19,759 nt of DNA. Source: Vulcanimicrobiota bacterium. GTDB lineage: Bacteria; Vulcanimicrobiota; Vulcanimicrobiia; Vulcanimicrobiales; Vulcanimicrobiaceae. Positions 1 through 9,192 of this stretch are shown here, in pieces. The stretch's first letter is position 1. Each line of letters begins with the position of its first letter. The notes beneath the pieces are model-generated. The model was not told the origin of the DNA. It did not search any database and worked only from the letters and a program-made list of their open reading frames with translations. The stretch spans positions 1-19,759 of the forward strand of contig PKZK01000126.1 in the NCBI GenBank assembly GCA_003133025.1. The letters are read 5' to 3'. Both the position numbers and the translations under genes were made by a program.

Positions 1-1411
1 CCGCGGTCATGCCGTCTTCGCTCGAGATCGCGCGCACGGCCACTAAATTCGCATACGTGCGCCCGTCGCCCATCACGCCCACGCTGCGCAGCGGCGTCAA
101 CACCGCAAAATACTGCCACGGCTTGCGCGCCAGCGGCGCGGCCTCGATCTCGTTCGTCACGATGAAATCCGCCGCGCGCACGGTTTCGAGTCGCTCGGCC
201 GTCACCTCGCCGAGCACGCGCACCGCCAAACCCGGACCCGGAAACGGTTGCCGCTCCACGATGGCCTCGGGCAAGCCCAACACGCGCCCCGCTTCGCGCA
301 CTTCGTCCTTGAACAATTTGCGCAACGGCTCGACCAGCTTCAAATTCATCTTTTCGGGCAACCCGCCCACGTTGTGGTGCGACTTGATCTTGTGTCCCGA
401 CTTCGAATCCGGCGTCTTCGACTCGATCACGTCGGGATACAGCGTGCCCTGCACGAGCCAGGCGACGTCCGGCAGCTTCGCAGCCTCTTCTTCGAAGATC
501 GCGATGAACTCGTGCCCGATGCGAATCCGCTTCTCTTCGGGGTCCACCACGCCCGCCAGCCGCGCCAAGAAGCGCTCGCGCGCGTCGATCTTGAGCACGT
601 TCAAATGCAGCACGTCGCGGAACGCATGCAACACGGCATCGCCCTCGCCCGAGCGCAACAACCCCGTATCGACGAAAATACAGGTCAACCGCTCGCCGAT
701 CGCCCGCGCCACGAGCGTCGCAGCTACCGCCGAATCCACCCCGCCCGACAGCGCGCAGATGACGCGCCCGTCGCCGACGAGAGCGCGAATCTCCGCGATC
801 GAGCGATCCACGAACGAGCCCATCTGCCAATCCGGCGCGATGCCCGCCACCGAATGCAGAAAATTATCGATCACGCGCTTTCCGGCTTCGCTGTGCACCA
901 CTTCGGGATGGAACTGCACGCCGTAGATCCGCCGCGACACGTCGCCGAGCGCCGCCACCGGACACGCCGGCGTTCGCGCCAACACCACGAAGCCCGCAGG
1001 AGGCTCGCTCACCGTATCGCCGTGCGACATCCACGCCCGCGTATGCGACTCCACGCCCTCGGTCAACGGCGACTCCGCCACCACTTCGAGCGTCGCGGGG
1101 CCGAACTCGCGATGCGTCGAGCGCACGAGCCTGCCGCCCAGGTCGCGCGCGATCAGTTGCTGGCCGTAGCAGATGCCCAAGATCGGCACGCCCGCAGCGT
1201 AGATCGCCGGATCCACGCCCAGCGCATCGGGTTCCAGCGTACTCTCCGGACCGCCGGTCAGAATGATCGCGGCCGGCGACCGCTCGGCGATCGTCGCCCA
1301 CGGCGTATCGTGCGGCAAGATCTCAGAGTACACGCCCGCTTCACGCGCGCGTCGCGCAATCAACTGACTGTACTGCGCGCCGAAATCGAGTATGACCACC
1401 GTTGCCGCCAT
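1..1411 (-). CDS. guaA: GMP synthase (glutamine-hydrolyzing), 3' end runs off the window
   Basis: Not in the ORF track because it is open at the edge. Manual minus-strand translation from ATG 1411 gives MAATVVILDFGAQYSQLIARRAREAGVYSE, GICYG (catalytic Cys), WMSHGD, GVQFHPE, SGGVDS, IKSHHNVGG, RQPFPGPGL and RAISSEDGMTA at the edge. An alternative in-frame GTG at 1462 overlaps the upstream TGA. Confidence 0.97.
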   Translation of the reverse strand, partial: MAATVVILDFGAQYSQLIARRAREAGVYSEILPHDTPWATIAERSPAAIILTGGPESTLEPDALGVDPAIYAAGVPILGICYGQQLIARDLGGRLVRSTHREFGPATLEVVAESPLTEGVESHTRAWMSHGDTVSEPPAGFVVLARTPACPVAALGDVSRRIYGVQFHPEVVHSEAGKRVIDNFLHSVAGIAPDWQMGSFVDRSIAEIRALVGDGRVICALSGGVDSAVAATLVARAIGERLTCIFVDTGLLRSGEGDAVLHAFRDVLHLNVLKIDARERFLARLAGVVDPEEKRIRIGHEFIAIFEEEAAKLPDVAWLVQGTLYPDVIESKTPDSKSGHKIKSHHNVGGLPEKMNLKLVEPLRKLFKDEVREAGRVLGLPEAIVERQPFPGPGLAVRVLGEVTAERLETVRAADFIVTNEIEAAPLARKPWQYFAVLTPLRSVGVMGDGRTYANLVAVRAISSEDGMTA

Positions 1412-1458
1412 CGTCGTGCGTTCTTCCGCAGCCGGCGCCGGGGCTCCGCCGCCCGCGC

Positions 1459-2385
1459 TCACGTGACGATCTCCGCCAGCCGTCCGGCATCGCGGGCCAT
1501 CACGACTTCCATCGCGATGCGCTCGCCCACCGACACGTCCCGGCCCCAGCGGTAGGCGCTGTAGGGCGTGTAGCGCGTGCCCGGCGAGCCCGGGATGCGC
1601 AGCGACACGTCGTACACCACGAATTCCTTGGGCGGCCCGGCCACGATCACGCACTGCAGCGCGAACGGCCCCAGCGCACCCGGCGGATTGGCCTCGCGCG
1701 CCGCGCTCACGAAGCGTTCGCCCATCGCGTACGCCTGCTCCAACATCGACTCGGTCAGCGTGGTCGCGATGTGCCCCGCTTCTTCCATCTTCACCGGCAG
1801 CGACGCCGCCGCGGCGAGCTGCCCCGGCGGCAGCGAGCGCAAGCCGTCCAAATTCGTCTGCCGCCGCGTATCCGTGCCCAGCAACTCCAGCTCGTCGAGC
1901 AACGGCGAGTAGAAGAAATTCAGGTTGACCGTGGGTCCGAGCGCGTACTCCTCGATGCGCGCGCCGCGCAAACCGTCCTCGTTCACGATGCCCGCGGCCA
2001 GCAAACGCTCCGCNNNNNNNNNNNNNNNNNNNNNNNNNNNNNNNNNNNNNNNNNNNNNNNNNNNNNNNNNNNNNNNNNNNNNNNNNNNNNNNNNNNNNNN
2101 NNNNNNNNNNNNNNNNNNNNNNNNNTGCACCTCGGGCCGCAAGATGTCGGGAAACGCATCGAGCGCGAGCGTCTCGTCGACGCAGCCGCGCGGCGGATCC
2201 TCGCGCCGCGCGTAATACCGCGCGTACGTCCGGTCGCGGCCGCGGGCCGTCACCACCAGGCTGCGCAAGCCGCACGCGCGTGCGCCGAAGGCGACGTCGA
2301 GCGCCGAGTGGCTGCCGACGGAGCACAAGGCAAGTCGCCGCGGGTCATAGCGCGCGAGCGCGTCCGCGATACGAGGCTCCAGCAC
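1459..2385 (-). CDS. purP: PurP-like ATP-grasp protein (archaeal FAICAR synthetase paralog, DUF1246/DUF1297 domains); spans the N-gap 2014-2125
   Basis: The C-terminal part of ORF 1459..3192 has SVGSHSALDV, IEEY..G...NLNFFYSPL, DTRRQTNLDG, GPFALQ and YDVSLRIPGSPGTRYTPYS..GERIAMEV. Start placed at GTG 2385, just downstream of the upstream gene's stop. The ORF's further N-terminal extension is a shadow of the neighbouring gene. Confidence 0.85.
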   Translation of the reverse strand: MLEPRIADALARYDPRRLALCSVGSHSALDVAFGARACGLRSLVVTARGRDRTYARYYARREDPPRGCVDETLALDAFPDILRPEVXXXXXXXXXXXXXXXXXXXXXXXXXXXXXXXXXXXXXXAERLLAAGIVNEDGLRGARIEEYALGPTVNLNFFYSPLLDELELLGTDTRRQTNLDGLRSLPPGQLAAAASLPVKMEEAGHIATTLTESMLEQAYAMGERFVSAAREANPPGALGPFALQCVIVAGPPKEFVVYDVSLRIPGSPGTRYTPYSAYRWGRDVSVGERIAMEVVMARDAGRLAEIVT

Positions 2386-2393
2386 CGTGGCGT

Positions 2394-3527
2394 CTACGAC
2401 GCCGCGAGTTCGAGCGCCTGGGGCGAGCCCGCGTACTCCACGAGCAGCAGTTCGCGCACCTTGGCCGCCTCGGGCCGCGTCTGCGCGGCGTCGACGCGCA
2501 CGAGCATCCGGTAGAGTTCGAGCAGGTGCCGCGCGATCGTCGGATCGTGCGGATACTGGTGCTGCCAATCCACCAGCGCGTCGTCGACCCAGAGCGCGTC
2601 GCCGGCCATCCGGTCGCCCCAGCCCGCGTCGAGATACTTGTTGATGCGGATCATCTCGTTGCGCACGCCGATCGGCGAGAGCTTGGTGTGTCCGAAGTAT
2701 TCGTCGGCCGGCGCCGTGCGGGTCAAGCGCAGTTGGTGCGGCACGGCGTGCACGCTGCCGATCACCTGCAGCGCCGGATCGTGCCGGCGCCGCTCGTCGA
2801 CAGCGCGGGCGGCGACCAGATCGGCCTCGCTCACGCTCGCGCCGCCGCCGAGCGCCTGTTTCACCAGGCCGAACATCTCGCCGCTCTCGGGATCGGGCAC
2901 GCGCGCGAGCGGCAGATCCGTGTCGGCGGCGTGCTGCAGCAGGTCGCTGCGATAGCGCGCGTCCTTGGTCAGATTGTAGGCGCGCACGTCGGCCACGATC
3001 ACCTGCACGAGCGCGTCGGGGTCGTGTTTGAAAAGCCCGGAGACGGCCTGCGCGTCGTCCTCGGCCTGCGCCGCCAGCGCGCGCGGATCGTCGTCGCCCG
3101 CATCGAGCTTGGCCAACAGAGCCGTGCCCTCGGCTTGCGCGTCGGCGTCGCCGTGCTGCTGCGCGTACACGGCCGAGGCGCGCAGATACCACTCCGCCGC
3201 GTTCTCGTCGGTCAGCGGATTGTAGTGCAGTTGCGTCGCCACGTGCACCGCGAGCAGCGAAAGTTCGCCGTTCTGCGCGTCGTCGGGACGGAAGAGCGCG
3301 TACGACCGTCCCGCATCCAAAATGGTCGCGATGTAATAGCGCTCCGCTTCGAACGTCCAGCCCTTCTGCGTGCCTTGATCGTAAGCGCGCTTCATCGTAG
3401 CGTACAGCGCCGCCGGATCGGTCTCGATCGCCGCGCGCGCGGGCGCCGCCGGCAACACCGTTGCCGCAAGCGCGAGTCCCAACGCGAACCGGCCGAAGCC
3501 GCGATTCAGCTTAAGGAGTGCCGTCAT
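2394..3527 (-). CDS. Secreted hypothetical protein, probably alpha-helical (377 aa)
   Basis: ATG 3527 overlaps the purP 3' end by 17 nt. MTALLKLNRGFGRFALGLALAATVLPAAPARA/AIE resembles a Sec signal with A-x-A cleavage. The body is Ala/Leu/Asp-rich with a C-terminal APADEYFG..LS.IG.RN segment. Confidence 0.8.
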   Translation of the reverse strand: MTALLKLNRGFGRFALGLALAATVLPAAPARAAIETDPAALYATMKRAYDQGTQKGWTFEAERYYIATILDAGRSYALFRPDDAQNGELSLLAVHVATQLHYNPLTDENAAEWYLRASAVYAQQHGDADAQAEGTALLAKLDAGDDDPRALAAQAEDDAQAVSGLFKHDPDALVQVIVADVRAYNLTKDARYRSDLLQHAADTDLPLARVPDPESGEMFGLVKQALGGGASVSEADLVAARAVDERRRHDPALQVIGSVHAVPHQLRLTRTAPADEYFGHTKLSPIGVRNEMIRINKYLDAGWGDRMAGDALWVDDALVDWQHQYPHDPTIARHLLELYRMLVRVDAAQTRPEAAKVRELLLVEYAGSPQALELAAS

Positions 3528-4489
3528 CCAGAACGGCTTGGAGCGAATTGGAGAGCAGGGCATTCTTGATCTCGCGCGCGATGCGGCGGCCGGTCGACAT
3601 CGGCTCGCTATAGTTCAAGTACGAGTAGGGCGAACCGTCGATGAAGAGGTTCGTACCCGCCACGATGCGCGCCGAGACTTCCATGATGTAGAACTGCGCG
3701 TCGGGCGTGATGATCGTCTCGATGCAGAACGCGCCGAAGAGCCCCTTGGGCGGGCAGATCTCCTGGCTCACGCGNNCTCACGTCCATGCCTTCTTGCGCC
3801 GCTGCCGGAATGCGTCCGAGCGAATCGACGTTGGTCTCGTAGCGCCGGTCCATGCTCATGATTTCGAGCTTGCCCGTCAGCGGCGAGTAGAAGTAGTGGA
3901 TGTAGAACGGCACCCCGATGATGTACTCTTGCAGGATGTAATTCTGCCGCGCCAACTCGCCCGCGCGACCTTCGAAGTCGTGCGCGTCGCGCACGAACAT
4001 GTAGCCCTTGCCGCCCTGCGCGCCGTACAACTTCACGATGACCGGACGGTCGATCTCGGCGCCCGTCTTGAACTGGCGCGGCACCTTGAGCCCGGCCTTG
4101 GTCAGCCAGATGCGCTGCAGCTCGCGGCTCGCTTCCCAATCGAGCACGGCCTTGTTGCCGAAATAGGGAATCTTCATCTGCTTGTGATCGTCGAGCGAGA
4201 GATAGGCGACGAACGAGCCGTGCGGCACGATGATGATCTTGCGCTTTTCCAGCTCGGGCACGAGGCCCATGAAGTCCTCGTAGCGATCGATCGAAATCAC
4301 TTCATCGACGAAGTTGAACGAACGGTAGAGCCGCTCGGTCTCCCGGTTGGCGATCGCCAGCGTCTTGAAGCCCTCGTCGCGCGCGCCCTTGAGGATCTGC
4401 AGCGCGGAGTGCGAGCCGAGCGTGGCGATCGTGTAAAAGTCGCTCTCGGTTTGTTGTGCGGGGGTCGGAAGCAGTTCTGGTGCTATCAT
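3511..4489 (-). CDS. purP: Formate-dependent FAICAR synthetase PurP (ATP-grasp); apparent frameshift at NN 3775-3776 is an assembly gap
   Basis: ORF 3608..4489 gives IATLGSHSALQILKGARDEGF, PHGSFVAY, GAQGGKGY, LQEYIIG and DRRYETNVD. ORF 3511..3771 gives GAFCIE, EVSARIVAGTN, GSPYS and EPMSTGRRIAREIK. These are hallmark archaeal PurP motifs. ATGA overlap with the upstream gene. Confidence 0.92.
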
Positions 4490-4944
4490 CGTATGCTTGC
4501 CACTTGGAACGCAGGATTGCAGAGCAACGTTTCAGCCGCCCGCGTGACCGTCTCGTGGGTCGCGGGCGCGCCGTCCGCGTCGGCTAGCCGCCACACCGTG
4601 AAGCGCTCGATTCCGTTCACACCGGGCAGCGTTCGGCCCGCGATGCGCACCGGCCCTTCGCGCGGCTCGGTCTCGCCGTGCGCGATCTCGTGGATCCATA
4701 CTTCCCCGGGCTCGGGCGCCGTGCCGCGTTCGCGCAGCGCGTGCTTGTTCGGGTTGAACAGTTCTTCGATCCGGCGGATGGCCTCGAGCAAGCCCGGCCC
4801 CTCGCCCTGCGCGTCGACCTCGAGCCGGTAGAGGTCGGCCCGGGTCAGGGTTGCTCCGGGGAAACCCAGGCGGCGCAGCGTTTCCGCCGCCGTCGCGGCC
4901 TCGTTGTCGGGAATGATCAGCGAGATCTCGACGCAGCGGGTCAT
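4486..4944 (-). CDS. purS: PurS-like FGAM synthase subunit with two tandem PurS-like repeats (152 aa)
   Basis: ATG 4944 overlaps the purQ TGA. The gene follows purL-purQ. Its two halves end in LFNPNKH and LLCNPAFQ, resembling the PurS LLANP signature, and the first half has the D..A...A..L..LG pattern. Confidence 0.7.
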   Translation of the reverse strand: MTRCVEISLIIPDNEAATAAETLRRLGFPGATLTRADLYRLEVDAQGEGPGLLEAIRRIEELFNPNKHALRERGTAPEPGEVWIHEIAHGETEPREGPVRIAGRTLPGVNGIERFTVWRLADADGAPATHETVTRAAETLLCNPAFQVASIR

Positions 4945-5732
4945 ACGCCCAGCCCCAGCGCCCGGGCCAAGCCGCGGAAGAGCGCGATGCCCCCGGATGG
5001 CGCCAGCATGGCCGCTGCGTCGCCGCGCACGGCCTCGCGCGCCGGGCCGTCGTGCATGTAGCCCCAGGCGTCGCGCTCGGGGTGCGGCATCAGGGCCAGC
5101 ACGTTGCCCGGGCCGTTGATCAGCCCGGCCGCGCCCAGCGCCGAGCCGTTGGGCACGGTGTCGGGCAGCGCGTTGCCGTTCGCGTCGCAATACACGAAGG
5201 CCACGCGCCACTCGCGCTCCAGGCGCTCGAGCACCTCGGCCGAGGCCGCCAGCCTGCCCTCGCCGTGCGAGGCCCAGGCCGGAATTACCGTGTGGGGCTC
5301 CATGCCCGCGGTCAGCACCGAGGTCTCGGGCGGCACGGCCAAGCGCACGTAGACGTGCGTCGATCGGTACTTGCCCAGCGGGGCGTTGGGCGCGAAAGCC
5401 GCCTGAGGCCGCGCCGTCTCGCCGTCGAGGGCGGGCACCAGGCCCGACTCCAGCAGAATCTGCGCGCCGTTGCAGATGCCCAGCACCGGCTTGCCCGCCG
5501 CGGCCGCCTCGCGCACCGGCTGCATCAGCCGGTCGTGCGCGGCGATCGCGCCCGCGCGCACGCGATCCTCGTACGCGAATCCGCCGGGCAGTATGTAGGC
5601 GTCGAACGCGCTCGCCCGCGCGCGGTCCCAACTCCAGTGCACGAGTTCGGCCTCCAAGCCCACCGCGAGGCACGCGCGCTGCGTCTCCTCCTCGCTGTTG
5701 GTCCCGGGAAACACCATCACCGCAACCTTCAC
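4941..5732 (-). CDS. purQ: FGAM synthase glutaminase subunit PurQ
   Basis: GTG 5732 (GTGA overlap with purL) gives VKVAVMVFPGTNSE, LPGGFAYED, GICNG, SHGEG and MPHPER. Confidence 0.96.
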   Translation of the reverse strand: MKVAVMVFPGTNSEEETQRACLAVGLEAELVHWSWDRARASAFDAYILPGGFAYEDRVRAGAIAAHDRLMQPVREAAAAGKPVLGICNGAQILLESGLVPALDGETARPQAAFAPNAPLGKYRSTHVYVRLAVPPETSVLTAGMEPHTVIPAWASHGEGRLAASAEVLERLEREWRVAFVYCDANGNALPDTVPNGSALGAAGLINGPGNVLALMPHPERDAWGYMHDGPAREAVRGDAAAMLAPSGGIALFRGLARALGLGV

Positions 5733-8006
5733 GCCTGCGGCACCTCGTCGTAGAAATCCATGAGCGGCGTCGACCACACGTGGTGCAGTTCGCGCAGCGA
5801 CGCATCCAGCACGTTGGCCACGCGCAGTCGCGGCTCGTGCAGCGTGACGCCCAACTGCTCGTAAGCCGCGCCGTGCGCGGCGCAGAGCGCGGCAAACGCA
5901 GCGGGGTCGGAGGTCTCCACCACGAAGCCGGCCGACTCGCCGAAGGCTTCTTGCAGCGAGAGCACGTTTGCGATCTCCACGCCGATGCGCGCGCCGCTCG
6001 CAAACGACATCTCGGCCAATGCGACCAGCGTGCCGCCGTCGGAGACGTCGTGCGCGGCCAGCACCAGCCCTGCGGCATGCGCGGCGAGCAACGCCGCGAT
6101 CTCCTTGCGCAACGCCTCGTAGTCGGGCGGCGGCAGCGGCTCCGGCGTCAGTTCGCTGAATTCGAACGCGACCGACCCGCCGAGATACGCTGAAGGCGTG
6201 CCCACCCGGAAGATCGCCGAGCCCACGCGCTTGAGCGCCTGCGTCGCGCTGCGCGACACGTCGGCCAGCGTGCCCACGCAGGCCACGATCGGCGAGGGCG
6301 GGATCGACGCACCCGACGCGCTTTGATTGTACAAGCTCACGTTGCCCGATACGAAGGGCACGCCCAACTCGCGCGCCGCGCGCGCGATGCCGTCGACGCC
6401 GGCCACGAACTCGCCCATCTGCTCCGGCACTTCGGGATTGCCGTAATTCAAGCAGTCGGTCATGCCCGCGGGCGTCGCGCCCACCGCCACCACGTTGCGA
6501 ATCGCTTCAACCACCGCCAACTCGGCGGCCAAACCCGGATCGACTTTCGCATAGCGCGGATTGCCCGCCACCGACAACGCGGCGGCCAGCGGCGCGCCGG
6601 GNNCCGCGCACGACCGAATCGTAGCGCTCGTAGATCGGCTTGCGCGAACAGACGTCGAGGTGCGTGATCACCTGGTCCAAGAGCACGCCGTACGAGAAGA
6701 CGCCCGCATCGCGCAACGTCAGCGGCCCGGGCGGGTCGGCGCGCCGCAATTCGGGCAACGCGGCCGCGCGTTCGTAGCGAATGCCGCCGGTCAAGAAGTC
6801 GATCGGCACGCGCATCACCTCGGCGCCGCCTTGCGTGAGCACGTAGTCTTGCTCCGCGGTGATCGTGCCGATGACGGCCGCCCGCGCGTTGCGCGCGATC
6901 GCGGGGAGCGAAAACTCGTCGTTGTAGATGGCCAGCAACTCCGGCGTGAACGACGGCGGTACGACCCAGGCCAAACGCTCCTGCGTCTCGCCCACGGCCA
7001 CGACCGCCGCGGGCACGTGCGCTTGCGCCGTCGGACACGCATCGAGATCGATGCGCGCGCCGAAGCCGCCCGTGGCCGCGAGTTCGGCCGTGCAGCCCAT
7101 GATGCCGCCCGCGCCCAGATCCTTGAAGCCAACGGTCAAGCCGCGTGCCTTGAGCACGTCGAACACCCGATACGAGGCGCGCATCAACACGCTCTTGAGA
7201 AACGGATCGGGCACCTGCACCGCGCCCTTATTCGCTTCGGCGTCGGCTTCGTCGAGCACGAGCGAGGAAAACGCCGCCCCGCCGAAACCGCTGCGATCCG
7301 TGGCTTTGCCCACGAGCACCACGTCCCAGCCCACCGAATCCGGCGGCGCCGCGGAGTGGATGATCTCGCTCTCCTCGATCAGGCCGAGCGCGACCACGTT
7401 GACCAGACAGTTGTCCAGAAAGCCTTCGTGAAAATAGACGTCGCCGCCGATGGTCGGCACGCCGATCGCGTTGCCGTAGGCCGCGATGCCGTCGACCACG
7501 CCCTGCGCCACGTAGCGCGCGTGCGCGTCGTCGCGCGGCCCGAAGCGCAGCGGATCGGCCAGCGCGATCACGCGCGCGCCCATGCACAGCACGTCGCGCA
7601 CGATGCCGCCGATGCCCGTCGCCGCGCCTTCGAAGGGCACCACTTGCGACGGGTGGTTGTGGGATTCGTGCGCGAACACGATGCCGTACTTCTTGCCCTG
7701 CCACTCGCCCAGGTGCACGATGCCTGCGTCTTCTTGCGGACCCTGCATCACCGTCGGACCTTCGGTGGGCAAGCGCCTCAAATAAACGCGCGAACTCTTG
7801 TACGAGCAATGCTCGCTCCACTGCGCGTCGAAGCCGTAGCACTCCACGAGCGTCGGATCGCGGCCCAGCTTCTCCGCGATCGACCGCACCTCGGCGACCT
7901 TCAACGCTAATCCGTGTTCGCGCAGCGACGCGGCGAGCGCGCCGTCGCTCACGCCGCCCACGGCGAGCGTCGCGGCCGACGCGTCGAGCGGGGCCGTCTC
8001 AGGCAA
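5729..8006 (-). CDS. purL: FGAM synthase synthetase subunit (small PurL); frame break at NN 6602-6603 is an assembly gap
   Basis: WSEHCSYKSS, ESHNHPS, GAATGIGGIVRD, DLGAGG and ETQER in ORF 6507..8291. TDCLNYGNP, VSGNVSLYN and AHDVSDGG in ORF 5729..6577. Start inferred at TTG 8006 (TTGCCTGA overlap with purC). Confidence 0.95.
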
Positions 8007-9192
8007 GGGTCGGATTGGCCAGGGCGGGCGGCGCGTTGAGGTGCGCGTCGGCCTGCACCACCGCGGAACGCGCGTTGGCTTGCACGAGCAGGGTGCGCCC
8101 GTACATGATCGTGTCGTCGAGCGCGAGCGTCTTGGCCACGGCCAAGGCCAACTCGTCCTCTTCGTATTCGGTCGCGTCGAAGACGGGCTGCGGCGTCGCC
8201 GCGCCGAGCAGCGCGGCCAGGTGCGGGCTCGACGCAACGTAGACGATGCGCGGGAAGGTCGCGTCGAGTTGCTGCACCGCCTGCAGCGCAAAGCCCGGCA
8301 CCAGATGCGACGACACGACGCGGCGCAAACTCTGCAGTCCGAATTGTCCGAGCGCGCGCGCCGGATCGTCCAAACGGCCGGTGCTGCCCGGGCCGTCGGC
8401 GATCAGCGCCACCATCGCGGGACGCATGCTCGGGAACGTGCCCACGAGGTCGGCAACCTTCTCGTAATTGTCGCGCACGCGGTCGAGGTCGGCCGGCGTC
8501 ACCTCGGCCAAGTTGCGATACATCTGTTTGTCGAGCATCAGCTCTTCGCGGCCCTGCGGCCAGATGCGCCACGAGTCGTTGTCGATCACGTCGGCGATCA
8601 CGAGGTTGCCCCGGCCTTCGCCGCCCACGAGCCGGCCGAACTCGATCTTGAGATCCACCAGCAGCGTATTGTGCCGCCGCCAGGCGTGCGCCAAGATTTC
8701 GAACGTCAGCCGTGCGATCTCGCCCATCATCGCGATCTCGGGCGCCTGCGCGATTCCGCGCGCCACGATCTCGTCGGGTTCGATGAGCGGATCGTGGTTG
8801 GCGTCGTCCTTGAAGAAGAACTCGACCATGCGCGGCACGAGGATCGAGCCGCGCGCGATGCCCGGCTTGCGCTTCACGAGCGAGCCCGCGGCCGCGCCGC
8901 GCACCACCACTTCCAGCGGAATCATCGTGCAGCGGCGCACGAGCATTTCGTTGTCGTCGTCGTCTTCGCCGCCGGAGAGATAGTGCGTGGGCAACCCGGT
9001 CAGGTTGAGTAGCCGGAAGACGCGCGCGGTCGTCTTGGCCGCGATGCGGCCCTTGCCGGGAATTTCGTCGCGCCGCGCGCCGTCGCCGGCGGTGATGCTA
9101 TCGAGCGCCTGCACGACGAGCACGTCGGGCTGACCGTTGAGTTCGAAAAGCGCTTTGGTCTTGCCGCGCGCGACTTCGAGGCCTTTGTTCAC
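7999..9192 (-). CDS. purC: SAICAR synthetase of the PAICS-like type fused to a degenerate PurE (AIR carboxylase)-like C-terminal domain
   Basis: GKTK, ITAGDG, MIPLEVVVR, FFKDDANHDP, LVDLKIEFG, ADVIDNDSWRIWP and DKQMYR, plus about 140 extra C-terminal residues. GTGA overlap with purB. Confidence 0.93.
   Translation of the reverse strand: MNKGLEVARGKTKALFELNGQPDVLVVQALDSITAGDGARRDEIPGKGRIAAKTTARVFRLLNLTGLPTHYLSGGEDDDDNEMLVRRCTMIPLEVVVRGAAAGSLVKRKPGIARGSILVPRMVEFFFKDDANHDPLIEPDEIVARGIAQAPEIAMMGEIARLTFEILAHAWRRHNTLLVDLKIEFGRLVGGEGRGNLVIADVIDNDSWRIWPQGREELMLDKQMYRNLAEVTPADLDRVRDNYEKVADLVGTFPSMRPAMVALIADGPGSTGRLDDPARALGQFGLQSLRRVVSSHLVPGFALQAVQQLDATFPRIVYVASSPHLAALLGAATPQPVFDATEYEEDELALAVAKTLALDDTIMYGRTLLVQANARSAVVQADAHLNAPPALANPTLA

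Noticed and set aside
3775..3776. purP as a frameshifted pseudogene
   Set aside because: The frame change coincides exactly with NN and both halves retain conserved motifs, so it is an assembly gap.
6602..6603. Split purL or programmed frameshift
   Set aside because: The break is at NN, which indicates an assembly artefact.
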